A stretch of 63,834 nucleotides of DNA, counting the filler, from Platydemus manokwari (lineage: Eukaryota), in NCBI GenBank assembly GCA_037951405.1. It is 6 parts of 6 records of this genome, joined end to end, with 100 filler letters (N's around TTAATTAATTAA, not from the genome) between each part and the next. Parts side by side here need not be neighbours in the genome. Positions count along the whole stretch, not along the records: positions 22,833 to 32,406 come from JBBMOY011230432.1; positions 32,507 to 44,250 come from JBBMOY010487775.1; 4 more parts are not named here. One strand, given 5' to 3'. A program made the translations under genes and the position numbers. A model generated the notes under the pieces. It did no database searches and was not told where the DNA came from. It saw nothing but the letters and a program-made list of their open reading frames with translations. Shown in pieces: positions 26,401 to 39,795 of the stretch (positions are counted from its first letter, which is position 1; every line of letters begins with the position of its first letter).

Positions 26401-29400
26401 GGTTTGATTTGCACATGTCAGGAACTTCTTTCGATGCAGGACAATTAACTCTTGCTTTCCAACTATCAACAAAGGCTAGAATGTTGTTTTCATAATTGCC
26501 AGCTTTTGATCTGAAAATTATACATACAACAAACAATTTTATGAAAGATTTTAAAATAGCATTTTTATTCAGGAATTTTTCTTTAATTCAGTTAATTAAT
26601 AATCAATCTTACTTTAAATCATTGTTAATATTTTGATCAAAATTGCCGCACAATCCACAAACTTTATTTTGATATTCTGGTGGCAATGTAATTTCGATTG
26701 TAAGTTCCTTATCCCAATGCAAAATGATATCATTATCCGTATAAATTATGAGTTGTGAAACCAAATCTCTGAATGACAATTTTCCTTCTTTACCGTTAAT
26801 TGGATAGTTTTCGTTTTTCAAAATAGTTGGCTTCGTTCCTCTCAGTAGTCGGAGAACCAAATTTTTATAATAGAAAATAATGGCCTTTGTGCAAGCACTT
26901 CCCTTGCTGCCACATTGAATGTTTTCAGTTTCCAGTCGAAACGATCCACCTCCTGCGCCACACTCACTGTCAACCATTGTGTATGAACATTTTGAAACGA
27001 AATCAAAATATTTTCCATCAAATGTCTTATAATGAGCATCACCCCACGATTTACAGCTGCTAAAACACTTTTGCTCTTGATGACAGGCCCATTTACCTTC
27101 GTTGCAAATGCTAAATTTAATAATTTAATAATCAAGAAATCATGAAGTTCCAAATTTACCATTTGGACAAACAATTAGTTGGGCCAGTATAAATAATTGA
27201 TCTATTCACATAACTTTGTTCAGACCACAAACACGGACATTGATGCTTTGGAACACACTTTTTATTGCTTATCAAGTAACCATCTGGACAAAAACATCCT
27301 GATTTGCAGGATTTTTCAGCACAAAATCCATCTTGATTTTCACATGTTTGGTCACAAGTGCCACATTCCTTCCATACCATTCCAGGAGGACAAAATGTGA
27401 CATCTATTTGAATTGTAAACATCTTTCTCATTTTATAAATAATATAACATACTTGAACAATCATTTTTCGTGCATATCCACAACCCATTATTACATACGC
27501 ATTCATTACATTTATCTTTCCTTTTACTACCGGCTACATAATGCTCATTTTCAAATTTGCATTGACATTGAGATATATTGACACACTGATTGGTGACTGA
27601 ATCAAATACCATTTCCTAAAAAACAGAGAAATCTTCTGAGAATATCAAAATAAAATGATCAAACCTTTTTACACTGACAACCATCAACACATTCTGTAGA
27701 ACAGTTGGTTTGTGTAATTGAAAAACAACTAACTGAACAACGATCTCGGCATTCTTTGTATTCCATGTTTGCAGGACATTTGGGATCTAAACTTAGATTA
27801 TTAGAGATCATAGATTTCACTAAGAATTTGCAAAAAATTCTTAATTGTAAAAATTAATTATCTATGAACAAAATTATTTGGGTGATCTTTGTAAATTACA
27901 TAGTATTTATAGATTAGCAAAATTCAGAATTAATTAACGCTGTCTCTGAATATACTTGTATGTGAAGTAAATAAATGGCGTAAATAAATTATTGGAACAA
28001 TTACTTCAATGTTAGCATGTTATTAAATAATCTTGCTTTCAATTTAAGCAGCATTTTATATAAATGGTGTGAGGTTTAATAATAAATCAGATTTTTATAA
28101 AATATTAATTTGTTTAAATAATTGTAATTAAAATATAAATTGATGTCGTGACGCTTCAGTTCGTTTTCAATACACGCTTTATTAAATAGTAGCGGATACA
28201 TTTTAAATATTTGATACCCACAATTTTATAATTTAAGATTTTGAAAGAAATTAAGCGAAATCATATTAAATAAAGATAAATTGAACTAATATTTCATATT
28301 TTACAAACCTTAATAATATATATTCAGTGTATATATTTTTTATTTTAAGATAAAACATATCTGTTTTATATTATAGGTAAAAATAGTGATTCTGTATATG
28401 TGAATCAGATATTTATTATAGTTAGAATAAATTTAATATATGAAAAGACAGATCGTTTTTGATTTATTTTTGAATATACTAATTATTATCAATAAATATT
28501 TCTAGTGTTTAAATACATTAGATTTTTATTATTACTTGTTTAATTAATATAAAATTGCCTTCAATTAAATTTGAATTATTTATATTTAAAGTTGATAAGA
28601 TATTTCATTTTTTCATCATTTCACTGTTTATAACAAATATGAAAATATAAATAGAATTTGAAATAATACTTATACGTAGATATGAAGAAAGAGTATATAA
28701 GAAATATTTTAGAATAAAAAAGTAAAAACCAATTTACCGCATAGGTTCTCTGATCTCCATTGTACACTAACTCCATTTTTCATACAAGCCCGTGAATATG
28801 ATGACATTGATTCACATCCACAATTATCTTTGACGTTTCCTCCACATAGACAAATATCGTGTTCACATTGTTTAACAAATGGGTTGGGATCAACTGATAA
28901 ATGACAAGAGGAAAAGGGTTCTAAGTATTGGACAAAAATTAAAAAATTGTTTCATTCATCTTTAAGTCACCTGATAGTAAACGTTGACAGAAATTTGTGG
29001 CGAATTGTGCATATTCATAACTTTTGGCACAGACTCCCAAATAATTCAATGACAATGTACTTTGACAATCAGTAGTTGACCAGGATACAGCTAATTCGTT
29101 GTCATTAGTTGTCAATTCACCACTTGATTTTCTGTTATCGTCTTCAGAATTTCCGTTATAATTTCCACAAAGACCTTGAATCTGAATTATATAAGGTTAT
29201 TTAATTAGTATGTTTGAAATTCTGTTAAGATTAAAAATTCGGTCCAGTTGTAGTAATTAATTGTAAAATAATTTTCAAATAAAACTATGATTTTAAAAGA
29301 CGAATTTTAAAGTACTTTATTACCTTTTCTTGATAGAACTCTGGTAGTGTTATTTCGATTTGGGTTTTGTGGTGCCATAATATACGAACACCGTTGAATG

Positions 29401-32020
29401 ATTCTACTAGCAATGTTTCATATGCAATCTCTTGAATAATAATCGGTAGAGGATTTTCAATAGTTACTGGTAACTTGTTTTGAATACCATTGATTATAAT
29501 ATTTTTGGTGGATATGAGTCTAAAAATTGTAAATATAAAGGACAAATAAACATTTATATTGCGATAACTAAAATATCTTTTATAATGATTAAAGTAAGAA
29601 AAGCATTGTTTATCTTATTATAAAATTGAACTAAAAATTGTTGAACAAGTTTGGATTTCATTACAGATATTATTACATTGCATATTAGACCAGAAATTTT
29701 TTTATCTATTATTATGTATGAATATTATAAAGAGTTTCTAAGTTAAAGATTACATGCAACAATACTTTGGATTAAGAGCAAATGGGCTAAAGTTAAAAAA
29801 TAGGATCCTAAAATGAAATTTTAAATTCTATACAGTTTATTTAATTATATTCTTTATAAACATTTGGAATTTTTTATTTACGTAATTAAGAAGAATTTTA
29901 GTTGTTTAAAATCAAATATGAAGTAAACTAGAGCATAAAAATCTCCTAAAATTCGATTATTTGAAAAAATGTAAAAAGTAGGTCGAATTGCAATTTATTG
30001 AAAATTAATGAGGACCCCCTTTTTAACATTAGAAACAAATTAAGAGATATTCTAGATTTTTACAATTATTTTATAAAAATAAGTAATTATATTATTAAAC
30101 ATGCCTGTAATTAACTAACTCGATTTATAATTATAAAAATTTAAAAACTCAAATAATCATATAGAAGTGTTGTGATTAGAATAGGAATTTGGTTTTAAAA
30201 CTATGTTTGTCCCTATTAGGCATCTTAAAAAATAAGATATTAACTAAATTACACGAATAAATCAAACATAGCAGTTATATATAAAATTAAGTTATAAAAT
30301 ATCTCATGCGCGAAAATTCATTATAACGAAAATAGATAAGAGGACCGTTTTTTTTTAATTTAAGCCCTAAATTCTGCTATCGTACGTGATAGGTCACGCT
30401 TTAAGAATCATTAACCACAAAATATAAATGTTTATCCAAAAAGTTATTATTTGAAGAGAATAATAATAAATTAAAATATGATATTTACTGAATAAATGAT
30501 TTGGTTTCTCCTTCTCCAAATTGCAAGTTCATCGATTTTGCACAATATACATCATTTGATTTCATGCAATGAGTGTTTTTAATCCAAATTTTCAAGACTT
30601 CCTTCCCAGTAATTGATGGTAGTGTATTAACCATAGTATACAAGCAGTTTCCTTCCACATAAATGTGTCTTTTGTCGAAAGTAGTATAGTGAGGATCGCC
30701 ACTGATTACACAAGTACTGCTGCAACCTTTTATTTTATCACATCTGAATATTCCACCTTTCGAACATTGACTGAAATAATTTAAATTTTAGAATTTAATA
30801 AAATTATTTAAAGGATGTTGTTAAATTATAATGAATTTTATATGAATAAAATGAAATCTGTATAATACATTGGAAGTACAGCTTGTTTCGCATTTTACAC
30901 CACATAAAATCTCAAATTTCTAAAAACTATTTAAAATAATTAACTTTCTTTACTTTGATTTTTCTCTAAACTTTGAAGATATCTAAATTTATCAAGATTT
31001 TATAAATCAAATTAAATTAATTACATTGCATTCTCATTACAATTCCCATTCCATATGACAAAACCCTTAAATTTATCTTTGATGACCACCCAACAATCCA
31101 TCTTGACCGCAACGAAACACAACTATGTTTTGAAAGAGCTAAAAGATTTGTAATCAGTTTCGACTTTAAAAATTAGAAAGATTTCCAAGTAACTGAGGTC
31201 AATTCTAATCTTAGACCGGACATTGCATTTGGAAATTGCAATATGATTCCCACACAAACTTCAATAACTGTCACAACTGGTAATGACCACAAATAAGTAT
31301 ATCTATTAATGAAAATGGAAGTGGAGAAGATTGGGGAAACTTCTTTTCAAATCCAGCAGGTTTGGAATAAACTCGTCTTCACAGCTTTCATTTATTTATC
31401 ACATATCTCTAAGATCATGCAGATAGAAATCAAACATCATTCAACTCTAGAATCTGACTAAGATAAGTAATAATTTATTATATAATTTCAAAAGTAAAAA
31501 AATTAAATTTTCAAAAATAGTAAAAATTAAATGTATTATTTTGAAAATTTTGATATGGTAAAGATATTAGAAAGTAAAATTTGCTGAAGGACAGAAAACT
31601 AAATATTGGATAACTATATTTTATACGGTAAAAGATTTAGACGCTGCTTTCAGTAGGATCTGGGCCATAAAATTGGTGAACTTAAAATATAAATAGACTG
31701 ATAATTATTATTATTACCATATTTCACAATCTCTTTTAAAAGACATTCCTTGTTGGTATACTACCATACTGTTTCCATTTTTACGAATACATGGACATTG
31801 GGGTTTTGGAACACAATAAGTACCATTCCAGAATCGATCTAGATCCCAAAAGATGTTTTCAGTCAAAATCATCATTACTACAATAGCATACCTTTAGGAC
31901 AAAAACAACCAGGTGTACAAAAGGACTTGCATTTATCATCTGATACCAGATTTTCACAATTTTGAGAGCAACTATTTCCACATTCTTGATATTCCTTGTT
32001 TGCAGGACAATCAATTGAAG
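23439..32020 (-). CDS. Large secreted VWD/C8/TIL/LDLa protein (hemolectin / SCO-spondin / gel-forming mucin family), internal fragment
   Basis: Twenty frame-compatible exons: 32020-31892, 31838-31718, 30770-30489, 29519-29324, 29181-28971, 28920-28738, 27786-27665, 27615-27453, 27403-27160, 27110-26613, 26510-26170, 26113-25952, 25903-25807, 25484-25414, 25364-25038, 24984-24835, 24582-24410, 24016-23866, 23822-23661, 23608-23439. Motifs: TIL (CPANKEYQECGNSCSQNC...GCFCP); VWD (CVISGDPHYTTFD...GLCGNYNG; CKSWGDAHYKTFDG...GLCGNFD); C8 (CHKKVDSELYYQKCLSDTCSC...WRSNDLC); LDLa (RRCNGIPECSDGKDELNC). Confidence 0.9.
29784..30367 (+). mobile_element. MITE family A copy 2, full length about 580 bp (PIF/Harbinger-like)
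   Basis: TIR GGGCTAAAGTTAAAAAA / TTTTTTAATTTAAGCCC followed by TAA. Homologous to 1-344 and 42760-43361. Lies in an intron of the VWD gene. Confidence 0.8.
31091..31240 (+). mobile_element. Degraded RLE-type non-LTR retrotransposon fragment
   Basis: TATKHNYVLKEL and EVNSNLRPDIAF are 80 nt apart. The element at 38542-39560 has ATSKHNTVLAIL and EVKTSLRPDIKI 81 nt apart. Confidence 0.65.
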
Positions 32021-32406
32021 CTGAAAACATCATCAAAAATCAATTTTTTGCCCTTTCATTTTTACTATTTCTTTACAAAAAAATTGATAAAATGTTAATA
32101 AATATTTATTTGTATTTTCAAATAAATAATATAATAATAATTTAAAAATAACAGGAACATTAATATATAATTGTAATGGATATTTGGATATTAAATCATA
32201 TCACAATTTCAATAGCTGCACATAGAATTGTGGCAAGTGATAGACAGTGCGATTGAAATAGCAATGACTTTTCATCAACCAATGAGTTTGAGGTATCTAC
32301 TCGATGAGATATCCACTAATGTGCCTAAATAACTACCAAATATATTTATCAATAGTCCACTTATTAGAATTCAACAGGATTTACAAAGTGAAAATAATGA
32401 TGATGA

Positions 32407-32506
32407 NNNNNNNNNNNNNNNNNNNNNNNNNNNNNNNNNNNNNNNNNNNNTTAATTAATTAANNNNNNNNNNNNNNNNNNNNNNNNNNNNNNNNNNNNNN
32501 NNNNNN
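32407..32506. other. Artificial contig spacer
   Basis: 44N-TTAATTAATTAA-44N. Confidence 0.98.
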
Positions 32507-32901
32507 GGACTGTACTTCGAGGAATAATATGTTCAGCGTTATAACAATTTGTGTTAATAAAATACCTGCATAAAAACATGAATTACTTTTGACTCAACCT
32601 GGTATTTGAGATATCGAAACTAACGGTGACTAAATAATATCGGAAACCACTTTTTATAGACTGCTTATTTAGTTTAATAAATTTTCGATAAGCATACAAT
32701 CTCAACGCTTAGAATCATTAAAAACTAAAATTGAAATTTTTATTTATTTATAATTTTGATAAAAAGCAACAATTTCTGATAAAAGTCCTTTGGTGCAGAA
32801 ATTCAAATATATTTTTTTTCGAATAACAAGTTATGTGAATCAATTATTTGTTTGTAAATGTTATTGATTAAATGATGATATCATTTCTAAATATTATTCA
32901 G

Positions 32902-35696
32902 ACATTACAGTGATTATAAACGAAATCGAGAATTGAAATGGTATCAAATGTTGGGTTCAGTCGAAATTGAAGTTGAATTGAACAACAAAGTATTACAACT
33001 AGAAGTTTCTCCTTTACAAGCTACAATAATATATTGTTTCTCAGAGAAACCGGTTTGGGAACTTGGTGATTTGGCTCAAGTAGAATATTTGAATACTTTC
33101 AATAATAACAAATCGAAAATATTGATTAGAATCTCCAGCTAAATTTATCCGTTGTTAGGAGAGCTGTCAACTTTTGGGTTCAAAAGGAAATGATTAAACG
33201 TACCAAGGAGCATGGAACTGTCGAAACATATGTTATATTAGATAATAATGAAGTCGAAATGGCTGATGATAAGAAAAGGATGATTGATATTGAGATTGAT
33301 GGAGATTCTGATGAAGACAGTGGAGAAACAAATTATAAAAAGGAAATGTATCAGGTATTTATTTTCAATTTCTATATATATACAATATTGTCAAATTATT
33401 ATTAAATGAAAATGTTTCTATATTATTATTATTCAATAGGTAAATTGTGATTAGTGAGGTGATATTATTCACTAATAATCATTTATTCCTCCATAACATG
33501 GATTTCTTTCATATTAAATGCTTAATAATGGAATCATTATTGATGTTTAATCGAGTATATCAAATAGATGAACATGATTTTTTTGTTAAGAAATTTATAT
33601 ATGCTTTTGAAATTATTAACAGTACTGTATGTCATTATCCCTAACGTTAATAACCTTACAGCTAAGTACAAATTATCCCATGGTTATTAATAATGTGATT
33701 TCAATTATTATACTTCATTTCAATCTCTATAGCTCAATATAAGAGATGAATTTGAGATTAGTTTGGTAATTGTTTACTTTGCCTCTGGCGAGGGGGATCT
33801 TTCGGATATTTATTATCCTCCCTGCTATTGTATTATTTGATATTTTATCATATAAATAACATCAAATATTATAAACATCTGATATCATGTATAGCATTTG
33901 TATTTTATATTTCATTTTAATTATTTTTTATTATTTTATTGATAATATGAAAAATCACTAAAAATAACAAGTTTGATTCAATTAACCTTTTATAATCACA
34001 AAATATCATTGAATTCTGATTTTTATATGCATCATTAATTTTGTACTAATCAAGCACATATATTCACAATTTTTATTGTTGCTATCGTTAAAGATATTTT
34101 TCAAATAAAATTGTCAACCATTTCTCATCGAATTTCTCGTCGGTATTTTCTTTAAACTTAAATAAAGTAATTTTTGAAATCTCCATTATTCTGCTCAATT
34201 GCTGAATTAAAGATATTTTAATTTCTCACAAAATATTTCTTATTGTCCATTATATTCTTAAATCGAGTAAATATTGAGGAATATCACTTATTTTTATTCA
34301 TAAAATACTGGCGGCATTATATTGAAATATGAATTGTTATAATTAATTATCTACAATAATAATCATCATTTCAATAAGAATCTTCAAACATTTCATAGCA
34401 CTACCTTGAAGCCTTGAAGATCTTCAAAAAACCGTAAAATAAAATGAATTCATTTTTATATAAGTGATAAATCTTTATTTCATTTCTGAATTTATTGAAC
34501 TAATTTATGTATTTTCATTCATTATTTACACGTATCGATCTCAAATGTTAAATAAGCTATTATATTGTTTCCTAAATTCTAAGTCTAAAATAACTGAATT
34601 TACATATAGGATGTGAAATTATTTTCGATTTCTTTGAAATTAGCTCGAATTTATTCAACGAATTTCTCGTGTGATCTCGCTGTTAGAAGTCCTTGAATTA
34701 GATAATATTTTAATAAGCACCAATAAATATCTTGGAATTTTTTTAATAATTTAAGCACCTACAAAACAAATATAATAATCGTAACCTCATATGTTTCATT
34801 TATGTGTGTATCAAAAATTAAATATTTAGAATTAATCGGCTCGGATTTCTCTCTTTTTACTTAAAGTTCAGAAAATTATTCAAGATCTAACATTTTATTC
34901 TTTTTAAATAATTCAATTTCTTAATTTCATTCAATCAATTTTATAAAAGCCATATTGAAATTTTGAAGAAAAACTTCAGGTCTCGGATAAGACTAACTTG
35001 ATGCGAAATGACTGCACAATTAACTTATTTGTAGTCAATGACAGTCAAATTACACAAGTTTTAAAGAAATTTATTAAATCGGTGATTCTGACTTCTCCTA
35101 GAGTGGTTTAGTTTAATCATAATCACTATTATAAGGTATATTCTTTGTCAGAATAAACAACTGCGATCAGACTGACTTGTTATTTAGGTGTTCTAGCCGA
35201 ATTATCTATCTCCATTGTATTCTTATTTTAACAAAGATTTTACGCTCATGGTGTTATTTTAGTTCATTTCTTATTGTTACGCGCTTATATTTGTTGTGCG
35301 CAAGTTAGCCATTAAAATACTTTGCCCGTTGCCCAGTTAAAAGCTGCTAAATATGATAAATCATTATATTCTGTTCAAATCATTATAATAATTTGATTTA
35401 TGATTTGCTATACAACATTTTTATGTGGGTATTTTTATACATAATTGATTATATTTTAACTTTATTATTACCAATAGAATTTATGGATGATTATAAAATT
35501 CATTCTAACACATGCTTCAACACAGAAGCAGTCGATGGATATTGATAAAATCTTCTCTACTCTTCCAACATATACCACTGGTGATCCAATAAAAATCACG
35601 AAAGAACAACTGGAAATATTTATGGACAATAAAGTTACGCAAAAATTACTAGTGGTAAATCACAAAAATTATTTTCTTAACAAAAACTTTATGTGA
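32902..35696 (+). CDS. ANAPC2: Anaphase-promoting complex subunit 2, last three exons (cullin C-terminus and WHB domain)
   Basis: Exons 32902-33079, 33130-33354, 35478-35696 splice in frame. They give RELKWYQMLGSVEIEVELNNKVLQLEVSPLQATIIYCFSEKPVWELGDLAQ...RRAVNFWVQK...DGDSDEDSG...LWMIIKFILT...IDKIFSTL...EQLEIFMDNKVTQKLLV. This matches recalled APC2 (RTLSWKHTLGLVTMDVELADRTLSVAVTPVQAVIL...FWTYIQAMLTN). Confidence 0.92.
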
Positions 35697-38541
35697 TTTG
35701 TGGTTGGCAGCTTTCGAGTGTATTTTTGGCTTTAATGAATTTTGGATTATTAGAGAATAAGAGATATCATCAATAAATGTATTTGTTGTGAATAATTGTG
35801 TTATGATAAAATATCTTTTTCATATAACATATATTGTTTGTGTATATAATAAAATGTTTCATAAGTGCTTTTGAATTTGTTTTGATATATTCAATAATGT
35901 TAAAGAAAAAATAATTGTATAATTTGTTACTAATTTGTACATTTAATTTGAAAGCCTGCTGATATGTTCTGTTGGATTGTGCTCTGATCCACTTATAAGG
36001 CAAATCCTTAAGAACATTAATTGAAAACAATTAATTGTCTTCTCTAACTGGTCATCGTTCAATAAACCTTTAATTCACGGTTCGAAAACAGTTGTCCCAG
36101 AAAAACTTTACACTTATGTGAAATCTAATAGAGACTTTAATTTAATTGTTTTATAATTTAAATTGATGTTTCTAATTCAATATAAAATTAATTTTTATAT
36201 TTAAATTGTTGAATGAAAAATATGTTTTTAGTTCACAAGTGGTGTCAATATTTATTAGAACTGATGCACACAAGTTTTAAATCAATAAAGATTAATAAAT
36301 TCAAATTTATCAATAGCTATAAAAGGATTTGAGTAATTTTCGATTAGTAAAACTATTCTTAAATAAATAACATCTATCAATTGAGAACAAGATTTTATTT
36401 CAATATTAGTCTATAAGAAAAGAAAATTTTAAGATAGAAATTTCAGGATCAACAGCAAATTGACAGTAATGAAGTTATTATTATTTTATTTAATATTATC
36501 GCATGCACTGGGTGTTTGATTTTCATTCTAATTTCTTGAGTATTACTGCATTTGCATTTACGATACCCGTTTGCAATTATTAATTAAACGCCATTTTATA
36601 ATGAGAAGTCAAATAATCAACAAAAATATTCATAAATTATTCGACAATCAAAGTACGTTTCTTTTATCGAAATCTTTATTGAGACAATTTTGATTTTCGA
36701 TTAAAATAATTTTCACTATTGTATACCATTAACAAATTAATGATTCCAATATAGTGTTTTCTGTAGTGCTGACAGATATTTAGATTGATGTATTTTCGTC
36801 GAACGCTGATGTATATTGGTTTTAGCAATATTGATTTGCTTTAATTCGGCACATCCCTTTGAATAATACTCACTGAAATTTGATATTATGTAACTGTTTA
36901 AATTCAGATATAAAATGATTCTTGATCAACATTTAATCCTTGCTACGACTGAGGCTTTCGTTGTTGTTCAAATGAGAATGAAAATCACAAAATCCAATGC
37001 ATATTAAATAAAGTAAAACTTTTTAAATAAGAAAAGTAAATATCTTTGAATTTTTGAGAGATCTTATTCTTAGCAATCAGGACGAGAACTTTAATTAGAT
37101 TATTTTAATGGTCAACTATAATGTTCAGTTCTCGAAGTTCTTGTACAATTTATTTATTGGGTTGCTATCACGAGAGACTTCAAGCCGTGTTGGTTGTTTA
37201 CAAATGGGCTGGATGAATTTGTTCCTGAAAATCAGTAACAAAATTATTTCATTGAGCTAATTTCAAGTTCGATTTTATTCATCGCAAGGGTTGTTGAAGA
37301 TTGACAATAAATATTATACTGACTGATAATCTCTAAATAATCCAGTTCTTTTTAGGTAATGAGGTTGTAGTTTCTAGAAATTATGTACCGGCAAATAGGA
37401 AGATTATATTAATTACAATTATCATGTATAACAATGCCAGTTAAATAATCAATGAATTACAAAACTTAAAAACCGAAGAATATCGATTAATTAAAAATGT
37501 TATTTTAAATGCTCAGAAGGTACTTAAAATTGTTATTACGTCCAAGCTGAACTCACTAATGAAAGATATAGAATGTGCCATCTCAGTGCCCAGACACTTC
37601 CTCACAATAAAAAATTGGGAGATGACGACAGAGAAACGTATTGATATTTAAAACAATTGCAGAGCTATGCAGCTAATCCAGAATTGTGTCATAATAAAAA
37701 TAAATTTTCTCAGGAATTCCTGTAGATAGAACTATAATAATACAATTAATTGGATTAGGAATGTCCAGATTTTCCAGGTGCAGATTTGTTTTCTCTATTA
37801 AGATACTATCAATTATTCAGATGAGAAGCTGTTTCAAGTTTTCCCATTAAAATGTGTTCCAAAATAAAATCCAAGGCTGATAAATATGAAACTAAATATC
37901 TCAATTCTTATTAAAAACATGTGAGCGAATCAATTTCTAATTTTTGCCAATCAAATTTTTATGCGATAAAATTGATTCACTTACAATTTTTATGCTGTCA
38001 TTTCTGGTTGAGATATGCGCCACACATCAATGATTCTCATTTTGATAACACATGTTTTCAATTCTGTCTTTTCTTCTGTATTTCACTAATTTGGTTTGTC
38101 TTTCCTTGTTCCACCTTTCCTTTTTTATTCTTGATTAGACAAATCATCATTTTTTCCTTGTTCATTATTATGAGATGCCATAACTCATGATGTCGTGTTA
38201 TTTATTCTTTTCTATTTTCTGAGTTAGCTAAGACCGATTAACTTTTTAATAAATTTTTATTTTTTCTAAGAATGTTTGAATTTCTTTTTTAAATTTTCTT
38301 TAATTATTTTATCAACTACTGATTATATTTTTCCATTGTTAGATCTTCGTAGATCTCTTTGGGCTTTAAATTTAATTCTTGTGTATGGTTTTAGTATCGT
38401 AGTGTTTTTAATGTTTAGAAAGTTCTTATTTAGTAAATTTTGACTGGCTATTTTTTCATTTTTATTCCTTGATTTTATTTAATTATTTATTATTACATTT
38501 AATGCACAAAGAATGGAAGATTTCCATCCAAATAACGATCC

Positions 38542-39795
38542 TTGGTATCTTGGAACTTCAATTTCAAAAATTTTTATACATACATATCCGAACATGCTGG
38601 ACCGGGCTCTTGGTGGTCGAAGGTTCGGTTAGGAGTCTGGGCTCTTCGGAAGAGAGGAATAAATTGTAAGTTCGTCTTGCTTGAAGGAAATATATTTGTT
38701 AAGGTTATCTGTAGGGATTTACAATATATGATAGGCAGGAAAGAGAAGGACAAATTGTGTTCTATTCTTCATGATGGGTTTGGTTTCTTGAGTTTTATCT
38801 CTTGGACTGAGAAAAAGTGCCAGGGTATATTAGTTAAGACTGTTGCGCTATCTAAGGTTTCAATGGGAGTTTTAGACTCAATTGTGTTATCACCACAGGT
38901 TTGGCACTTCCTGGTCTTGGGTAGAAATAACCTTTTACCGCTGAATTTCCAGCCTTTTCGTGTAATGCAGGGTAAAGATTTAAATTGCCGTCGATGCGGT
39001 ACTGCAGTGGAATCGATAGCCCACGTACTCAACCATTGCATTGGCAATCCTTATGGGGCGACCTCTAAACATAATACAGTGCTTGCTATTTTAACTAAAA
39101 GGCTTATTGCTTTAGGATATAATGTAGACGTCGACTGCTCGCCAACTGAGGTGAAGACTTCTTTACGTCCTGACATAAAAATCCGAACTTCGGGAAGTAA
39201 AAAATGAATAAACATACATTTCTCGTTGATATTAAGTTTCCGCTTGATAAGGAAGAAAACTTTAGGAATAACTTGGAGAGAAACTACCGAAAGTATGAAG
39301 GCCTGGTAGTTCAAATAGCTAGGCAATTCAGAACTTCAGTGAGTATGTACATGTTAAAAGTAGGTTGTTTAGGATCGTGGGATCCACAGAATGATGGAGT
39401 CTTGAGACGAATAGGGTTAGATAATAAGAGTTCGAATGAGTTGGCTTCACTTCTTGTTTCTACTTCTATTATAGAATCATATAGGTTATATAGATCTCAC
39501 ATAGCGAAGGAGGCTAGGCCTCCAATAAACAGCCCCGCCAATAAATCTAACATACAATAACAGAAAAATGACGGCTTGTACATACGTAAAAAAATACCAG
39601 TATAGGTATTGCTATGATTAGTGTTATTATTTGTTGTTTATAAGATGTATATGAGAGACAGTACCGTCTTCTCCACTTTTCTATTCATTTTTATGGAGTG
39701 GTAGTGAGCATCTATCTTGATTGCTGAGATCATCTCGTTATGGAGAAAGCCATGTATAAATCGATTATGGGATATGAAATAAATATTACCTTGCA
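38542..39795 (+). mobile_element. 5'-truncated RLE-clade non-LTR retrotransposon (NeSL/Utopia-like), frameshifted
   Basis: CCHC knuckle CRRCGTAVESIAHVLNHC, then KHN, LRPD, LVDIKFP, KYEGL and VGCLGSWD across ORFs 38542-39207 and 39204-39560. A 3' UTR follows, ending in AATAAA near 39780. Confidence 0.88.

Noticed and set aside
37921-38190. Hydrophobic 89-aa ORF (+) and an IIDVWR endonuclease-like snippet (-)
   Set aside because: A composition-driven ORF and a single short motif, with stops on the other strand.
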